Positions 1 through 12,300 of a stretch of 64,000 nucleotides of DNA are shown piece after piece. Position 1 is the first letter of the stretch; each line of letters begins with the position of its first letter. The position numbers and the translations under genes were made by a program. Origin of the DNA: Leucoraja erinacea. Its lineage: Eukaryota. The notes below the pieces were generated by a model. That model did not search any database. It saw only the letters and a list, made by a program, of their open reading frames with translations, and was not told the origin of the DNA. Location: NCBI RefSeq assembly GCF_028641065.1, contig NC_073390.1, forward strand, positions 9,796,001-9,860,000, written 5' to 3'.

Positions 1-2854
1 CAATTTGTCATTCATACCCAAGATATGTGGTTTCTGCCACATATTAATTGCAGAGTTGAAGCAACTATTTATTATTAAATGTGGATAAATGTTATTTCAT
101 CACCAAAACAGCCCCACTATTACATTGGGCACACCGTGTACTCATTTTGCAATGTAAGTGTATAAGAGCTGTCACAGATGCAAACAAGCCACACTCAAAG
201 CTGAATACATTGTTATCTTTTATCTGATTTGTACTGTATACGTGAAGACGATGACATACGCAAGCCATATGGTATCAGACGAAGCCTGTACTGTTTATGT
301 AAATTTGTGTGGCTTGACTTTAGTGCAGATTTGGATAGACTTGAAAGAAAATATTTTTACAATCATCTTATTAAAACTGTATTTTAGGTGTACAGCGCGC
401 TTGTATATCTGAACAACCAACCTTTCAGTTAGTGAAGAGTTCCAGACAGCTGACTGCAAAGATGATTTTAATGTATTGATGCTGTTTACTCTGTTGAAAT
501 AGTCACATAACATTAGATCAAATTTTAGAATGTAATACCAGGGAATGCTGCATATCCAAACCAAAACCCTTGTCTAAATAATGCCAGTCTGCTAGCACTA
601 AAGGGGCCATGCTGTTTGGCAACATACAAAAAAAGAGAATTGTGAAAAGAGTTGGAAACTGCACATCGTGTTGAATGTAATGCAGTTATAATAATTATCC
701 CAATTTAGGGATAAAACAATTCTGCCACTTTTCTACAGCAGCCTAATACAATAAATGAAAGGAAAATAACAACAGTTTTTAGTGGTACAATTGAAAGGTA
801 AAATAATTGTCTTGAGCAGTTTCTTTTGGTCCAATTGTTTATTTTCAAATCAATACTGTTCCTCAGAAATATCAAGTTTTAAAAAGCACAATCAAAAGGG
901 GAACCTTGGCAAAAAGTCACTATTAAGGATGACAACTGTTATACTTCATTCAAAAAATAAACTTGCCATCGAAAAATGTTTGAATTTGTACGAAACATGT
1001 GGGTTTATTTGTAATACTGCAGATTGCAGTTACCATGCTAGATTTAGTCAAATTACATTTTTCTTAACATTTATTACAGTTCCCTCTCAAAACAATGAAA
1101 TAGATTGGAAAATGTGCACATGAAAATCACACTGAATTCTTGATGGGATTTTGTGCATTACCGCACAAACCAGCATGGTGTGTAGGAAAGCACTGCTAGT
1201 TTAAATCCAAAGTAGATACAAAATGCTGGAGTAACTCAGCAGAACAGTCAGCATCTCTGGAGAGAAGGAATTGGTGACGTTTCAGCCAAGACCCTTTCTT
1301 CAGACTCTAGAAGGGTCTCGACCTAAAACGTCACCCATTCCTTCTCTCCAGAGATGCTGCCTGTCCCACTGAGTTAAACCAGCATGGTAATACTTTCTGC
1401 ATTACTATGAACTTTGTATGAATTCCAATGTATTTATGTTATTTTATGACAATAAACTCATAGTGAATGGATGTCACAATAAATATTGATTAAAAGTGTG
1501 AGGACTGGATTTGTCCCGCTTAATTCCAGACCCCTTCCTACTTTCTGCCTCTACCAACGATGCTGTTTGGAAAACACTTTCATTTTGTTAACCTTGTTAG
1601 AAAGAAGGCAGGCATTAAAGACTTCATTATGAAGGCTGCCTCACATAAATTTGATTTATTATTTAAAATAATTTAGCATCATAACTATCAAACCATCTGG
1701 TCTCTGTCTGAATTAGTTTGTGTGATGGGGAAGAATAAGTAGAATTCTAATATAAATTTAACAAATAATTCATGCATGTACTTTCACCAGTTTCTGATTT
1801 GATCAGGGAGGACTGGACCTTCTATCCTTCCTAATTATGGATGTGGTAGAGATGGGAAGAACCATATCAGAGGGTTTTCCATTGCGCAATAACTACAGAG
1901 TTTGAAAACTTGTACCTGCCTGCCCCATGCTTATGAAAGATAGCCAGGATTGGTCTGTACACAGTATTCCTCAAAGATGCAAGGGGACGGGTATATGTAT
2001 GTGCATAAATTAACTCTGAATTCGTTTCTGTGATAAAGAATAATTAGAATACTAATACAAATTTAACAAATAGTTCATGCACTTACTTAACTAATACTGT
2101 TACCCACTGGAAAGGGGCAATGATTTTTTTTTTCTAGTGAACTCAAGTATCAAGACACGCTTCTGTAAAGGAAATAAGATGAATGGTTGTTTGTTAATAA
2201 CTCCTGTTGCGTGAAGATATGAGGAATTGCAACAGCATAGTTAACAAGCCCTAATCAAAGATTTGGAAACGTTCAAAACTCATCTGGGGAAATTAAATCT
2301 ATTTTAATTCAATAATAAAGAGTTAAAAGGTCATCAATGGTGACTCTAAAATTCTTAAAATATTTTTAAAAAGAATATTTACTGTCAAACCTTTCAAGCA
2401 TAATGTCCTTCATTCTGGTGCATATCTGACTCCACACCCAACAAATATGATGGACTCCCACAGTTTCCCTTTGTGTTTGGGCCATTACTAAATGGCTCAC
2501 TAGAACAGCCTAACCAACCATGATCACATTGTTAGTTGCAGGAGGCTGCTATAATCAGGCATGCGTTCTGCTGTACAATAATTAGCTGTAAAGAACTTTG
2601 CAACTGAAAATTATAAAATCTGTAAACTATTTTAGTCTTGTCTTTCTAAAGGATAGCAACTATTTCTATGGAATTGATAAAGTAGATTAAACAAATGTGA
2701 CTTTGCTTCTCATTATAAGTAGCATACAATGAAAACAAATATCATCAGTTGAAAAATTAGTAGCGCTAAAAAACAAACTTTTGATTTCATCATGCACAGG
2801 CTAATAAAGGCACCAAGAGACAAATGAAGAAATTCTTTGTAAACAGGTCAAATT

Positions 2855-2860
2855 TTTATT
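2855..2860 (-). terminator. Candidate DAW1 polyadenylation signal (AATAAA)
   Basis: TTTATT on the + strand ~455 bp downstream of the stop codon; motif only, no transcript evidence. Confidence 0.35.
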
Positions 2861-3314
2861 TGTAAACAAACAGAAAGTTTAGATGGTATGACATCAGTGT
2901 AATTGTGCTACTTTATAAAAGCATTTAATGCAACAATTTACAATAATGAAATTCGATCAAATGTAGTTTTTAGTATTTGAAAAATTCAGAAGACATAACT
3001 TAATGGCATTCTATCTGTAACCGTGTAATCTTGTATTAACAAAAGTCTTGTTGGAAAAGGGAAGCATTGGTGTTGTTAGTTAGAAGTGTAGCACACATTT
3101 GAAGACATTTCACTGATGAGCTAAACTATCTAATTTGTTACCAGTTGGCAATGAAAAACAAATTGAATATATTGCTTAGAATTCTTCACATCTTTCTTTA
3201 AGATTGCAAATGTCTGAAATACTGGAGATTCTCATTTATAGAACAACATATCGCACTTACTCTAGAGGTTATTCAGTATGAGTTCACTGTATGCTTTAAT
3301 AACTCCATCTTCAT

Positions 3315-3349
3315 TCAGCGCCATATCCTGCAAGTGTTATCCTTGCTTC
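3315..3349 (-). CDS. DAW1: DAW1 last coding exon ([11 protein letters not shown])
   Basis: 35 coding bp after acceptor aaacag; TGA at 3315-3317. Confidence 0.94.
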
Positions 3350-6300
3350 CTGTTTAAAAATAAATATAAATTTTTTGTATAGTGCGTACGCCAAAGAGGC
3401 CTAAAATATTATATCATACTTGATAGTGAACATATTTAAAGTTTCCCAAACTATCTAATTTGAGCATCCGGTAATAACCACATACAGATAGGATATGCTT
3501 CAGTGAACATTGAGAATAGGCTTATTCACTGCACACTTGGCATGACGTACATGGAGTGAAGAAAAATGGTGGGGCGGGGGAATGGGGAGAATGCAATTAA
3601 TCATAGCATCATACATCAAAGAAGGAAGTCATCTAGCCTCCAGTGCTTTGGTCCTTTGGTCAGCACTTTGAACAACTCATCTACTTAGTCCCAGGCTTTT
3701 GTTTTGTTTTCCTTCCTGCAGCCCACAAATTTTCTTTTTCATTTGTATGTCTGCCAATCTTTTGAATGCCACTATTGAATCTGATTCTATCCTCCTGTCA
3801 AGTAGTAAAATATTTTGATTCATTTGATCCCTGAACCTGTTTTATTACTGTACCTGTGATGATGGCATTTCCTTCATAGTTAAAAGCACATGAGAAAATT
3901 TCATCGCTGTGGCCTTCTAGCACCTGCAGGCATTGGCCCGTGCGTGGATCCCAAAGCCTGGCTGTCTTATCAGAACTGCCTGTGAGAATACGACTGCCCT
4001 GAGGATTGAAACAAATCTGACAAAAGCATCATAGCATTAGAATGCTGCATTCACATTTCTAGAATTTTCAGTCTCTAAGTGTCCAGAATGACTATGGAAC
4101 TTATCAGTAAAATGCAAACATCATTAGCACTAAATATGATATGTAAAATGATTCCCGATTTTAATTGCCTTTAATTTTTATAAAGATGTTCCGTATTTAA
4201 ATTAACGGATAATCTTTTCATTTCAGTATATCTTTGTTTTATAGACACAAAATGATGGAGTAACTGAGCAGGTCAGGCAGCATCACTGGAGAAAAGGAAT
4301 AGGTGACGAAACGAGATGTTGCCTGACCTGCTGAGTTACTCCAGCATTTTGTTTCTGTCTTTGGGGAAAAGCAGCACCAGCAGTTCCTTCCTATACCTTT
4401 TCCATTTGGTCCCTTTAAGATACAGAAATGCATATTTAGGGCAAATTAACATGCATTAAAGCCTAATGACATATCATTTTCATACAAAATATAAAGATCA
4501 TCTTATTGTATTTAGTTAAACGGACATAAATCAAAAAAGGAAAATCTAAAGAGCCAAAAGAAGCCCCAACACATTATTTTGCCCATTAAATGTTCTCTAT
4601 GCACAAAGACAATTTGATATGCCTGTATACTCCCAGAGGAGGTTGGCAACATTTTCATTGTGAAGATTTGAGAACAGTGAACGTTTTATTGCACAGTTCC
4701 ATTCAATCCGGAATTCATTAATGCTGGAATGAAGTTCACTTGGGCTTAAGGACTAATTTAAACTCCTTCAAGGTCAGATAGCTCCAAAGCTACAAGGCAA
4801 TGGCACAAAATAATCATAAAACAGAACATGGAAGTAGTCATTTTGAAAATAAAGTGTTCAATAAAATGTGCTTCATCACCTCTTGCAAAAGATATTTAGT
4901 TTTAACTCATTGACGTGTCACCAATTCATCACACACCGACATTAGCACCACTTCAAATATGAAAAGGTGATAAAAATGTTAATCATACAGCAGCACCCTC
5001 CTGCAGCCACAATTTTATGCCATCCTATTTTATGATGGTTTTCCTCTTCCAACCTGAATACAAATTGTCGCTGTTGGTTAGTAAATAATATTGTTGTTAT
5101 CTCCAGGGAGAAACAGCACACAGGATTAATCTGTGCCATGATGCTTTTGTTTTTCCCAGCCTGAATCTGTGAGGCAATGTAACTAAAACTGTCTAACTTG
5201 CCTGTAATTTTCTGTCTGACCTTGAAATTTTGCAGCTTTCAAATCTGTGGCTCCAAATTATGAAAAAAATGATCAAGGATCATGTTGACAAGAACAACTT
5301 TCAGTTCTGCAAGACACCCATCTGATTTAGATGCAAAGTCAATTTCCTGCCATTTTAAGACAGAAATGCAAAATTCCGAAACAAATGAGTAAACGTATTC
5401 TAGATTGTACTAAATCAAATGGCCAAAACCTCATTAAAGAGACCACTAGAGAAAACAACAAATGTGTTTATTTGGAGCTAAAAAAAAATGCATTTGCTAT
5501 AAATCTGAAATAAAAATGGAAAATGTTGCAAGAACCTTGCACCATTTTGGGTGGGGGTGTGGAAGAAAAGGATTGGAGGTTGCAAATTAAGGATTCTTCG
5601 TTAAAGCCAGAAAACAAATTGCTTTAATTTGGTGGATGGAGGAGAAGTGGTAGAACATGCAGTAGATGATGTTTACTGGACATTATAGAGATGGATGGGG
5701 TGTTATCCTCATTTATTGTGAAAAAGATGTGGAGGCTAATGAATTAAGGGAAATGAATAGTGATGTCTTGGAACCTATTCACATTACAAAAAGGAGGTGC
5801 TGGCAGTCTTGCATTCATTGCTGAGGGCATTGGGCATAGGAGCTGGGACATTGTGTTTAGAGATACAGAGATACAGCACGGAAACAGGCCCATCGGCTCA
5901 CCGGATCAGCACCGACCAGCGATCCCCGCATATTAACACTATCCTACACCCACTAGGGACAATTTTTGTAGCCAATTAGCTTCCAAACCTGTACGTCTTT
6001 GGAGTGTGGGAGGAAACCGAAGATCTCAGAGAAATCCCACGCAGGTCACGGGGAGAACGGACATAATCCGTACCGGCAGTACCCGTAGTCGGGATCGAAC
6101 CTGGGTCTCCGACGCTGCATTCGCTGTAAGGCAGCAACTCTACCGCTGCACGACCGTGACTGCCCCGTGTTACAACTGTTTAAATCACTGATGATATCAC
6201 ACTTGGGAGTGGTATCTGCAGTTCCGGGTGTCCAGTTACAGGAAGGTCATTAGGCCGGAATGGGTGCAGAAAAGATGACGAGGATGTTGCCAGAATTCGA

Positions 6301-9300
6301 GTTACAGGGAGAGGCTGCGACTTTTTTCCCTGGAGCACAGGAGGTTGTGGAATGATCTTATAGAGGTATAAAATCATGACGGGCATGCACAAAAAGATGA
6401 TCACAATCATTTTTCCAGGGCATAGATTGGCAGCTTTATCGTGCAGAGGTTGGTGGGTAAAGGGAATAAGTTGCTAGAGGAAGCTGTAGAAGCGGGTACA
6501 ATTACATTTAATAGATAGGTGCATAACTGGGACAGATTTCGAAAAAAATGTGCCAAATGTAAGCAAGAGGGACAAGTTCAGAGGGACATCTTGGTCAGTA
6601 TGAATGAGTTGACCCAAACATCCTGTTTCCAATATGTATAACTCGTTTACACTGTGACTGTGACACAGGGTGTGGACCAAGGTTGAAAGGATAAAATTTA
6701 CTTTCAAAACTGGCAAATTTCCATCTAATTATATTAACTTTTGGGACATAACATTGAAATAATGGTTAAAGAATCATCAGCAGAGTGAAATGGAGGATGG
6801 AGATGGAAAAAAGAAATGAAATCTTTCCAAGAGGCAAGGTGAGAGGAGAATGATTAATATATATGAGGAAGTCTTCTATCCCAGAGATCGGCATAGAGTT
6901 TGCAAGAAAGAGAGCAAAGTCAGAAATGGATAAGGTAAATGTGAGAGCAGATGCGGGAGGAAATCAGTAGAACAAGTGCTAATATTTTTGAGTTTGTATG
7001 AATGCAAGAAGAAGTACCAGCACAGTTGGCGATGAAAAAGAAATGAGGTAAGAGAACTGAGTGGCACCGAGTAGACTCAGGGTCCACTGGGAGCCGCACG
7101 GGCCCGATTTACCTGCCGAACAACAGCCGCACCGATGACCGTAACGCTCCCCGGTGGGCCTGACTCATCCCACAGGTCTCCCAGGTAACTGCGGAGAAGC
7201 CGGGAGGCGAGGCCAGTCTGGCAAAGAAGCCTCTACAGCGGCGGCGATGGGAGCCGCGGCGGCAGCAATAGGGGCTTCAGCGCAACGGGGGCCTAGGCGG
7301 CAACGGAGCGGTGGCGGCGGCAGCAAGAACCTCTGTGGCGGTGGAGCATGAGGAGGGGGAAGACAATGGGGACACAGCGTGAGAGGACCGCTGTGAGGGA
7401 TGGCCAAAGGGGAATCCGGGGTGGGGGGCACTCTCGTTTAGAATCCTCTGCCCAGGGGATAAGTCTGCGTTCATTCGTTTGTTTGTCTGTTCATTTGTTT
7501 TTCCGGTAAAGGCGCTGTGCACAACGCAGCCACCCAACAGTCACTTGTCCTTTTCTTTTTTTTTTCACTTTTAATTTCAAGTTTTCGTGCACCTTGTTGT
7601 GTGTTGTGACTGGTGGCAGACCAATTTCCCTCCGGGGATGAATAAAGTTTATCATATCATATTGTAGGCTAGAATCCCAGTATCCCTGGCCTGTACCCCA
7701 GAAAGGGAAATGTATAACTTTGTTATAGATCAGTGTCATAAGTTCAAAGTGTCATACAGCACAGAAACAGATCCTATGGTCCAACTCGTCCATGCCAACT
7801 TAGTTGCCACATCTAAGCAGGTTCCTTTTACGTATCGCTTGAAACCATTCTTTTCCATATACCTTTCCATCAATATTGTATCTCTCAACTACTCTGAAGA
7901 GGGACTTGACCCGAAAAGTCTCCCATTCCTTTTCTCCAGAGATGCTGCCTGTCCCACTGAGTTACTCCAGCTTTTTGTGTCTATCAACTACTCATCTGGC
8001 AGTTTGTCCATACACCCATCACCCATTCTGTGAAAATGTGGCCCCTCAGGTTGCCATAAAATATTTCCCACCTCAGCTTAAACCTATGCCCTCTAGTTCT
8101 TGGTTTCCCTTTACTGGGGAAAAATGCTTCTATCTATTACCCAATATATACCTCTCATGATTTTGTACACTATAAGATCACACCTCAGCCCATCGCACTC
8201 CAAACAGTAAAGTCCTAGCCTGCCCAACCTCTACCTATAGGTCCTCAAGTCCCGGCAACATTCTCATAGTATTCTCTGCACTCTTTCCATCTTATAGCAT
8301 CTTTCCTATAACAGGGTGACCAAAACTAAACATAACACTCCAGGTGTGTGGCCTTACAGGCTACTTGTACAACTGTTACTTATACAACTTGTACAACTTA
8401 GTTGCATTCCAACTAAGACCTGGACATGGTTCAACAACAACAAGCCCTGGTTCACTGCAGAATTCATACAGCTCCGATGGTCTAAAGAGGAGGCGTACAG
8501 GAGCGGAGATGCAGGCCTCTACAGGCAGGCCAAGTACAAGCTGAGAAGAGGAATCAGAGCTGCCAAAGAAAGGTACTCTGAGAAGTTGAGGAGCAAGTTC
8601 TCAGCTAGTAACTCTTCGTCAGTTTGGAAGGGCTTGCAAGAAATTACCAGCTACAAGAGGAAAGACCCCCGCTCTTTGGACAATCGTCAGCTGGCCAACG
8701 ACCTGAATGAGTTTTACTGCAGGTTTGAAAATCAGAAACGTAACCCTGGTGCCCCCCCTCCCCAACCAACACAGCCAGACCCCAGTCTACAAAGAATGGA
8801 CCCTGCACCCTCTCCTTCCCATTCACCATTTCACACCTACTTAGGGCAAGACTCCAGTATGAAAAGACTGGACCATTTCCCACCCCAACCAACACTTCAC
8901 ACCCACTCACAGCCTGACCTCAGTCTGCAAAGACTGTGCCTTTCTATACCCACCCCCCTCCAATCTCCACTTCACACCCAATCATCCACACCCTCTGTGC
9001 TGCACAACATAACTTATACAATATAAACAATAAAAATAGAGGAGATGGAGAGGCTTTTCAGAGGACAAAAGAGCTGGAAATCTCCCTCTACTCTGAAGCT
9101 CTGTGCCAAACAAATGTCTATACAGTACATGTACAGGCAAACATGTACTGTCCCTGCCTGCTTCAAAGTCTCCACTATTGTCCCTGTATCCAAAAAGGCA
9201 AGAATTACTTGTCTTAATGACTACAGGCCTGTCGCACTGACCTCTGTAGTCATGAAGACACTCAAAAGGCTTGTGCTGGTCAAGCTGAAAAATATCACAA

Positions 9301-12300
9301 ACTCCCTGCTGGACCCTCTGCAGTTTGCATATCGGACCAATAGATCTGTGGATGATGCAGTCAACCTGGGCCTGCACTTCATCCTACAGCACCTAGACCG
9401 CCAGGGGACCTATGCGAGGATCCTGTTTGTTGATTTTAGCTCTGCATTCAACACCATCGTACCAGAGCTACTACACTCCAAACTTTCCGAGTTGACTGTG
9501 CCTGAACCCCTCTGTCAGTGGATCACCAACTTCCTGACAGACAGGAAGCAGCATGTGAGGCTGAGAAAGCACATCTCGGACCTGCAAACACTCAGCATAG
9601 GAGCACCACAAGGCTAGGTACTCTCTCCTCTATTCTCTCTACACCAACGACTGCTCCTCCACAGACACCTCTGTCAAGCTTCTCAAGTTTGCGGACAACA
9701 CAACCCTGATTGGACTGATCCAGGATGGGGAGGAATCTGCCTATAGACAGGAAGTGTCACACCTGGCATCCTGGTGCGGTAGCAACAACCTAGAACTCAA
9801 TGCTCTTAAGACAGTGGAATTGATTGTCGACTTTAGGAGAGCTCCCCCTCCCCTCACCCCACTCACCATCAACAACACCACAGTCACATCTGTGGAGTCT
9901 TTTAAGTTCCTGGGAACCATCATCTCCAAGACCTTAAGTGGGGAGCTACCATCGACTCCACAGTCAAAAAGGCACAACAGAGGATGTACTTCCTGCGGCA
10001 GCTGAGGAAGCACAATCTGCCACAGGCAATGATGGTCCAATTCTACACGCTATCGTAGAGTCTGTTCTCACCTTCTCCATCATGGTCTGGTTTGGCTCAG
10101 CCACCAAGCACGACACCTGGAGGCTGCAGCGAATCGTCCGATCAGCAGAGAAAATTATTGGTTGCAACCTTCCCTCCATTGATGAACTGTATACTGCAAT
10201 GGCCAGGAAGCGAGCGGGCAAGATCATCTCTGACCCCTCTCACCCTGGCCACAAACTCTTTGAATCACTTCCCTCTAGAAGGCGACTCCAGACTGTCAAA
10301 GCTGCCACAGCCAGATATAAAAATAGTTTTTATCCATGAGACGTTGCTCTACTCAACAGCCAAAAATCTGTAGCCTCCCTTTGATCTGGTATTTTGTTGG
10401 TTCACATGCTTGATCAATGGTGTTTTATCATTAATGTTTTATTATTATTAATGTTTAGTGTTTTCTAAGTCATTCGTAATTGTCACTGTATGTCATGTTG
10501 TTACTTGAGGGCGGAGCACCAAGGCAAATTCCTTGTATGTGAATACTTGGCCAATAAACTTACTTATTTACTTTACTTAACAGAATGTCCCAACGCCTAT
10601 ATTCAATTCCCTGACTGATGAAGGCCAATATTTCAAAAACATTCTTCACCACCCTATCAACTTGGGATGTCACTTTCAGAGAACTGTGCACTTGTGCTCC
10701 TAGAGCCCTCTGCTCTAGTATACTCTCCAGCCACCCACCATTCAATGTGAAGATTCCCCTCTGGTTTGATTACACAAAATACAACACCTCGCACATATCT
10801 GTATTAAACTCCATTTACCATTCCTCAGTCCACATGCCCAGCTGATCATGATCTTGCTGTAATTTTTGATAACCATCTTCACTGCTTATGATTCCACCCT
10901 ATTTAGTGTGGACTTGGATTCCTTTATTGTCATTCAGACCTTTCGGTCTGAACGAAATTATGTTGCCTGCAGTCGTACACAGAACCAATAAAAACAAAAC
11001 ATACAATAAACACAAATTAAACATCCACCACAGTGAGTTCACCAAGCACATCCTCACTGTGATGGAGGCAAAGTCTTAGTCTCCGTCTCTTCCCTCCTTG
11101 TTCTCCCTCTGCGCTGAGGCGATCGATCCTATGGAGATGCTACCCTCCAGTCAGCGGACCTCCGTGGTGATGAACCGCCGCCAAAAGCCGGAACGAAATC
11201 CACAGCATCAGCTATGCCGCCGCCCCCGCTCAGGCCGCCGCCCCAGCTCCGGATCTTGCAGTTACTTCTTCCGCCCCAGTTCCGGGTTTTGCAAATCCGC
11301 TCCGGGTCCTGCAGTCTCCGCTCCAGGCCGCTGCCCCAGCTCCGGGTCCCGCAGTCTCCGCTCCAGGTCCAGCAGTGTCCGCTCCGGGCCGTCGCCCCAG
11401 CTCCAGGCCGCTGCCCCAGCTCCAGGTCTCGCCGTTTCCGCTCTGAGCCCCACTGCATCAGCTCCAGGCCGCCGCCGTAAGCCAGAATGCCGCACCAGCA
11501 AGTCGGGCCACCGCTGCCTCAGCCCCGAAGACGGCCAGCCTCTCGTTGGTAAGTCCTGGCTGGCTCTGCCTTCGGAGCCTCGGGGTTGGTCGCAGGCTGG
11601 AGGCCGCCTGCTCCGCCATTAGGCCTCAGCGCAGACGGAGGCAGACAAGGGGGATACCACACGAAAAAGTCGCATTCCCCTGAAGGAAGAGACAGATAAC
11701 ATGTTTCAACCCCCCCCCCCCCCCCCCCACCTCTGACGCAACCCAACAAACTAAAACTTAACCAAAACAAGACAAGAAAAACAACAGAAAAAAGTAAAAA
11801 CAGACGGACTGCAGGCGAGCCGCAGCTGTTAACAGCGCCACCACTTCCGGAAGTGTCACCTGCATGCCTTCTACATTCTCATCCAAATTGGTGATATAGA
11901 TGGCAAACAGCAATGGGTGCAACACGTCACAAACCCCCAGTCCAAAAGACAACCTTCCACCACCACCCCCTGCTTCCTAACATGAAGCCAATACTGTACA
12001 CTGTTAACTAGTTCTCCCAGGATCCTATGTGATCTATCCTTTCTGAGCAGCCTACCATACGGAACCTAATCAAAGGCCTTCTGAAATCCAAATATCTATG
12101 GCCCAGCCTTCATCAAATTTCTTAATTACTTCTTCAAAAACTCATTCAAATTCATAGGACACGACCTCCCACAGACAGCACCATGCTGACTATTCCTATT
12201 CAACCCATCTTTCCAAATCAATGTATATTTTATCCATCAGATTCCGTGAATCCACAGTAGCTAGAGTAAACCTCACTTAAACCCCTAAATCCGGCAAGTC

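Larger units (their letters stand above)
7730..12250 (-). mobile_element. Degenerate CR1 LINE, host of the Rex1 and SINE-like insertions
   Basis: CR1 RT and 3' sequence at ~7730-8400, ~10579-10905 and ~11857-12250 ([18 protein letters not shown]). Confidence 0.75.

Noticed and set aside
3300-3317. TGA read-through or selenocysteine
   Set aside because: The TGA falls at the expected DAW1 C-terminus (CRIWR*) and I recognised no SECIS element.
11098-11622. Overlapping GC-rich ORFs or a CpG-island gene
   Set aside because: Tandem array within a non-autonomous retroelement that has a second copy at 49810-50514.
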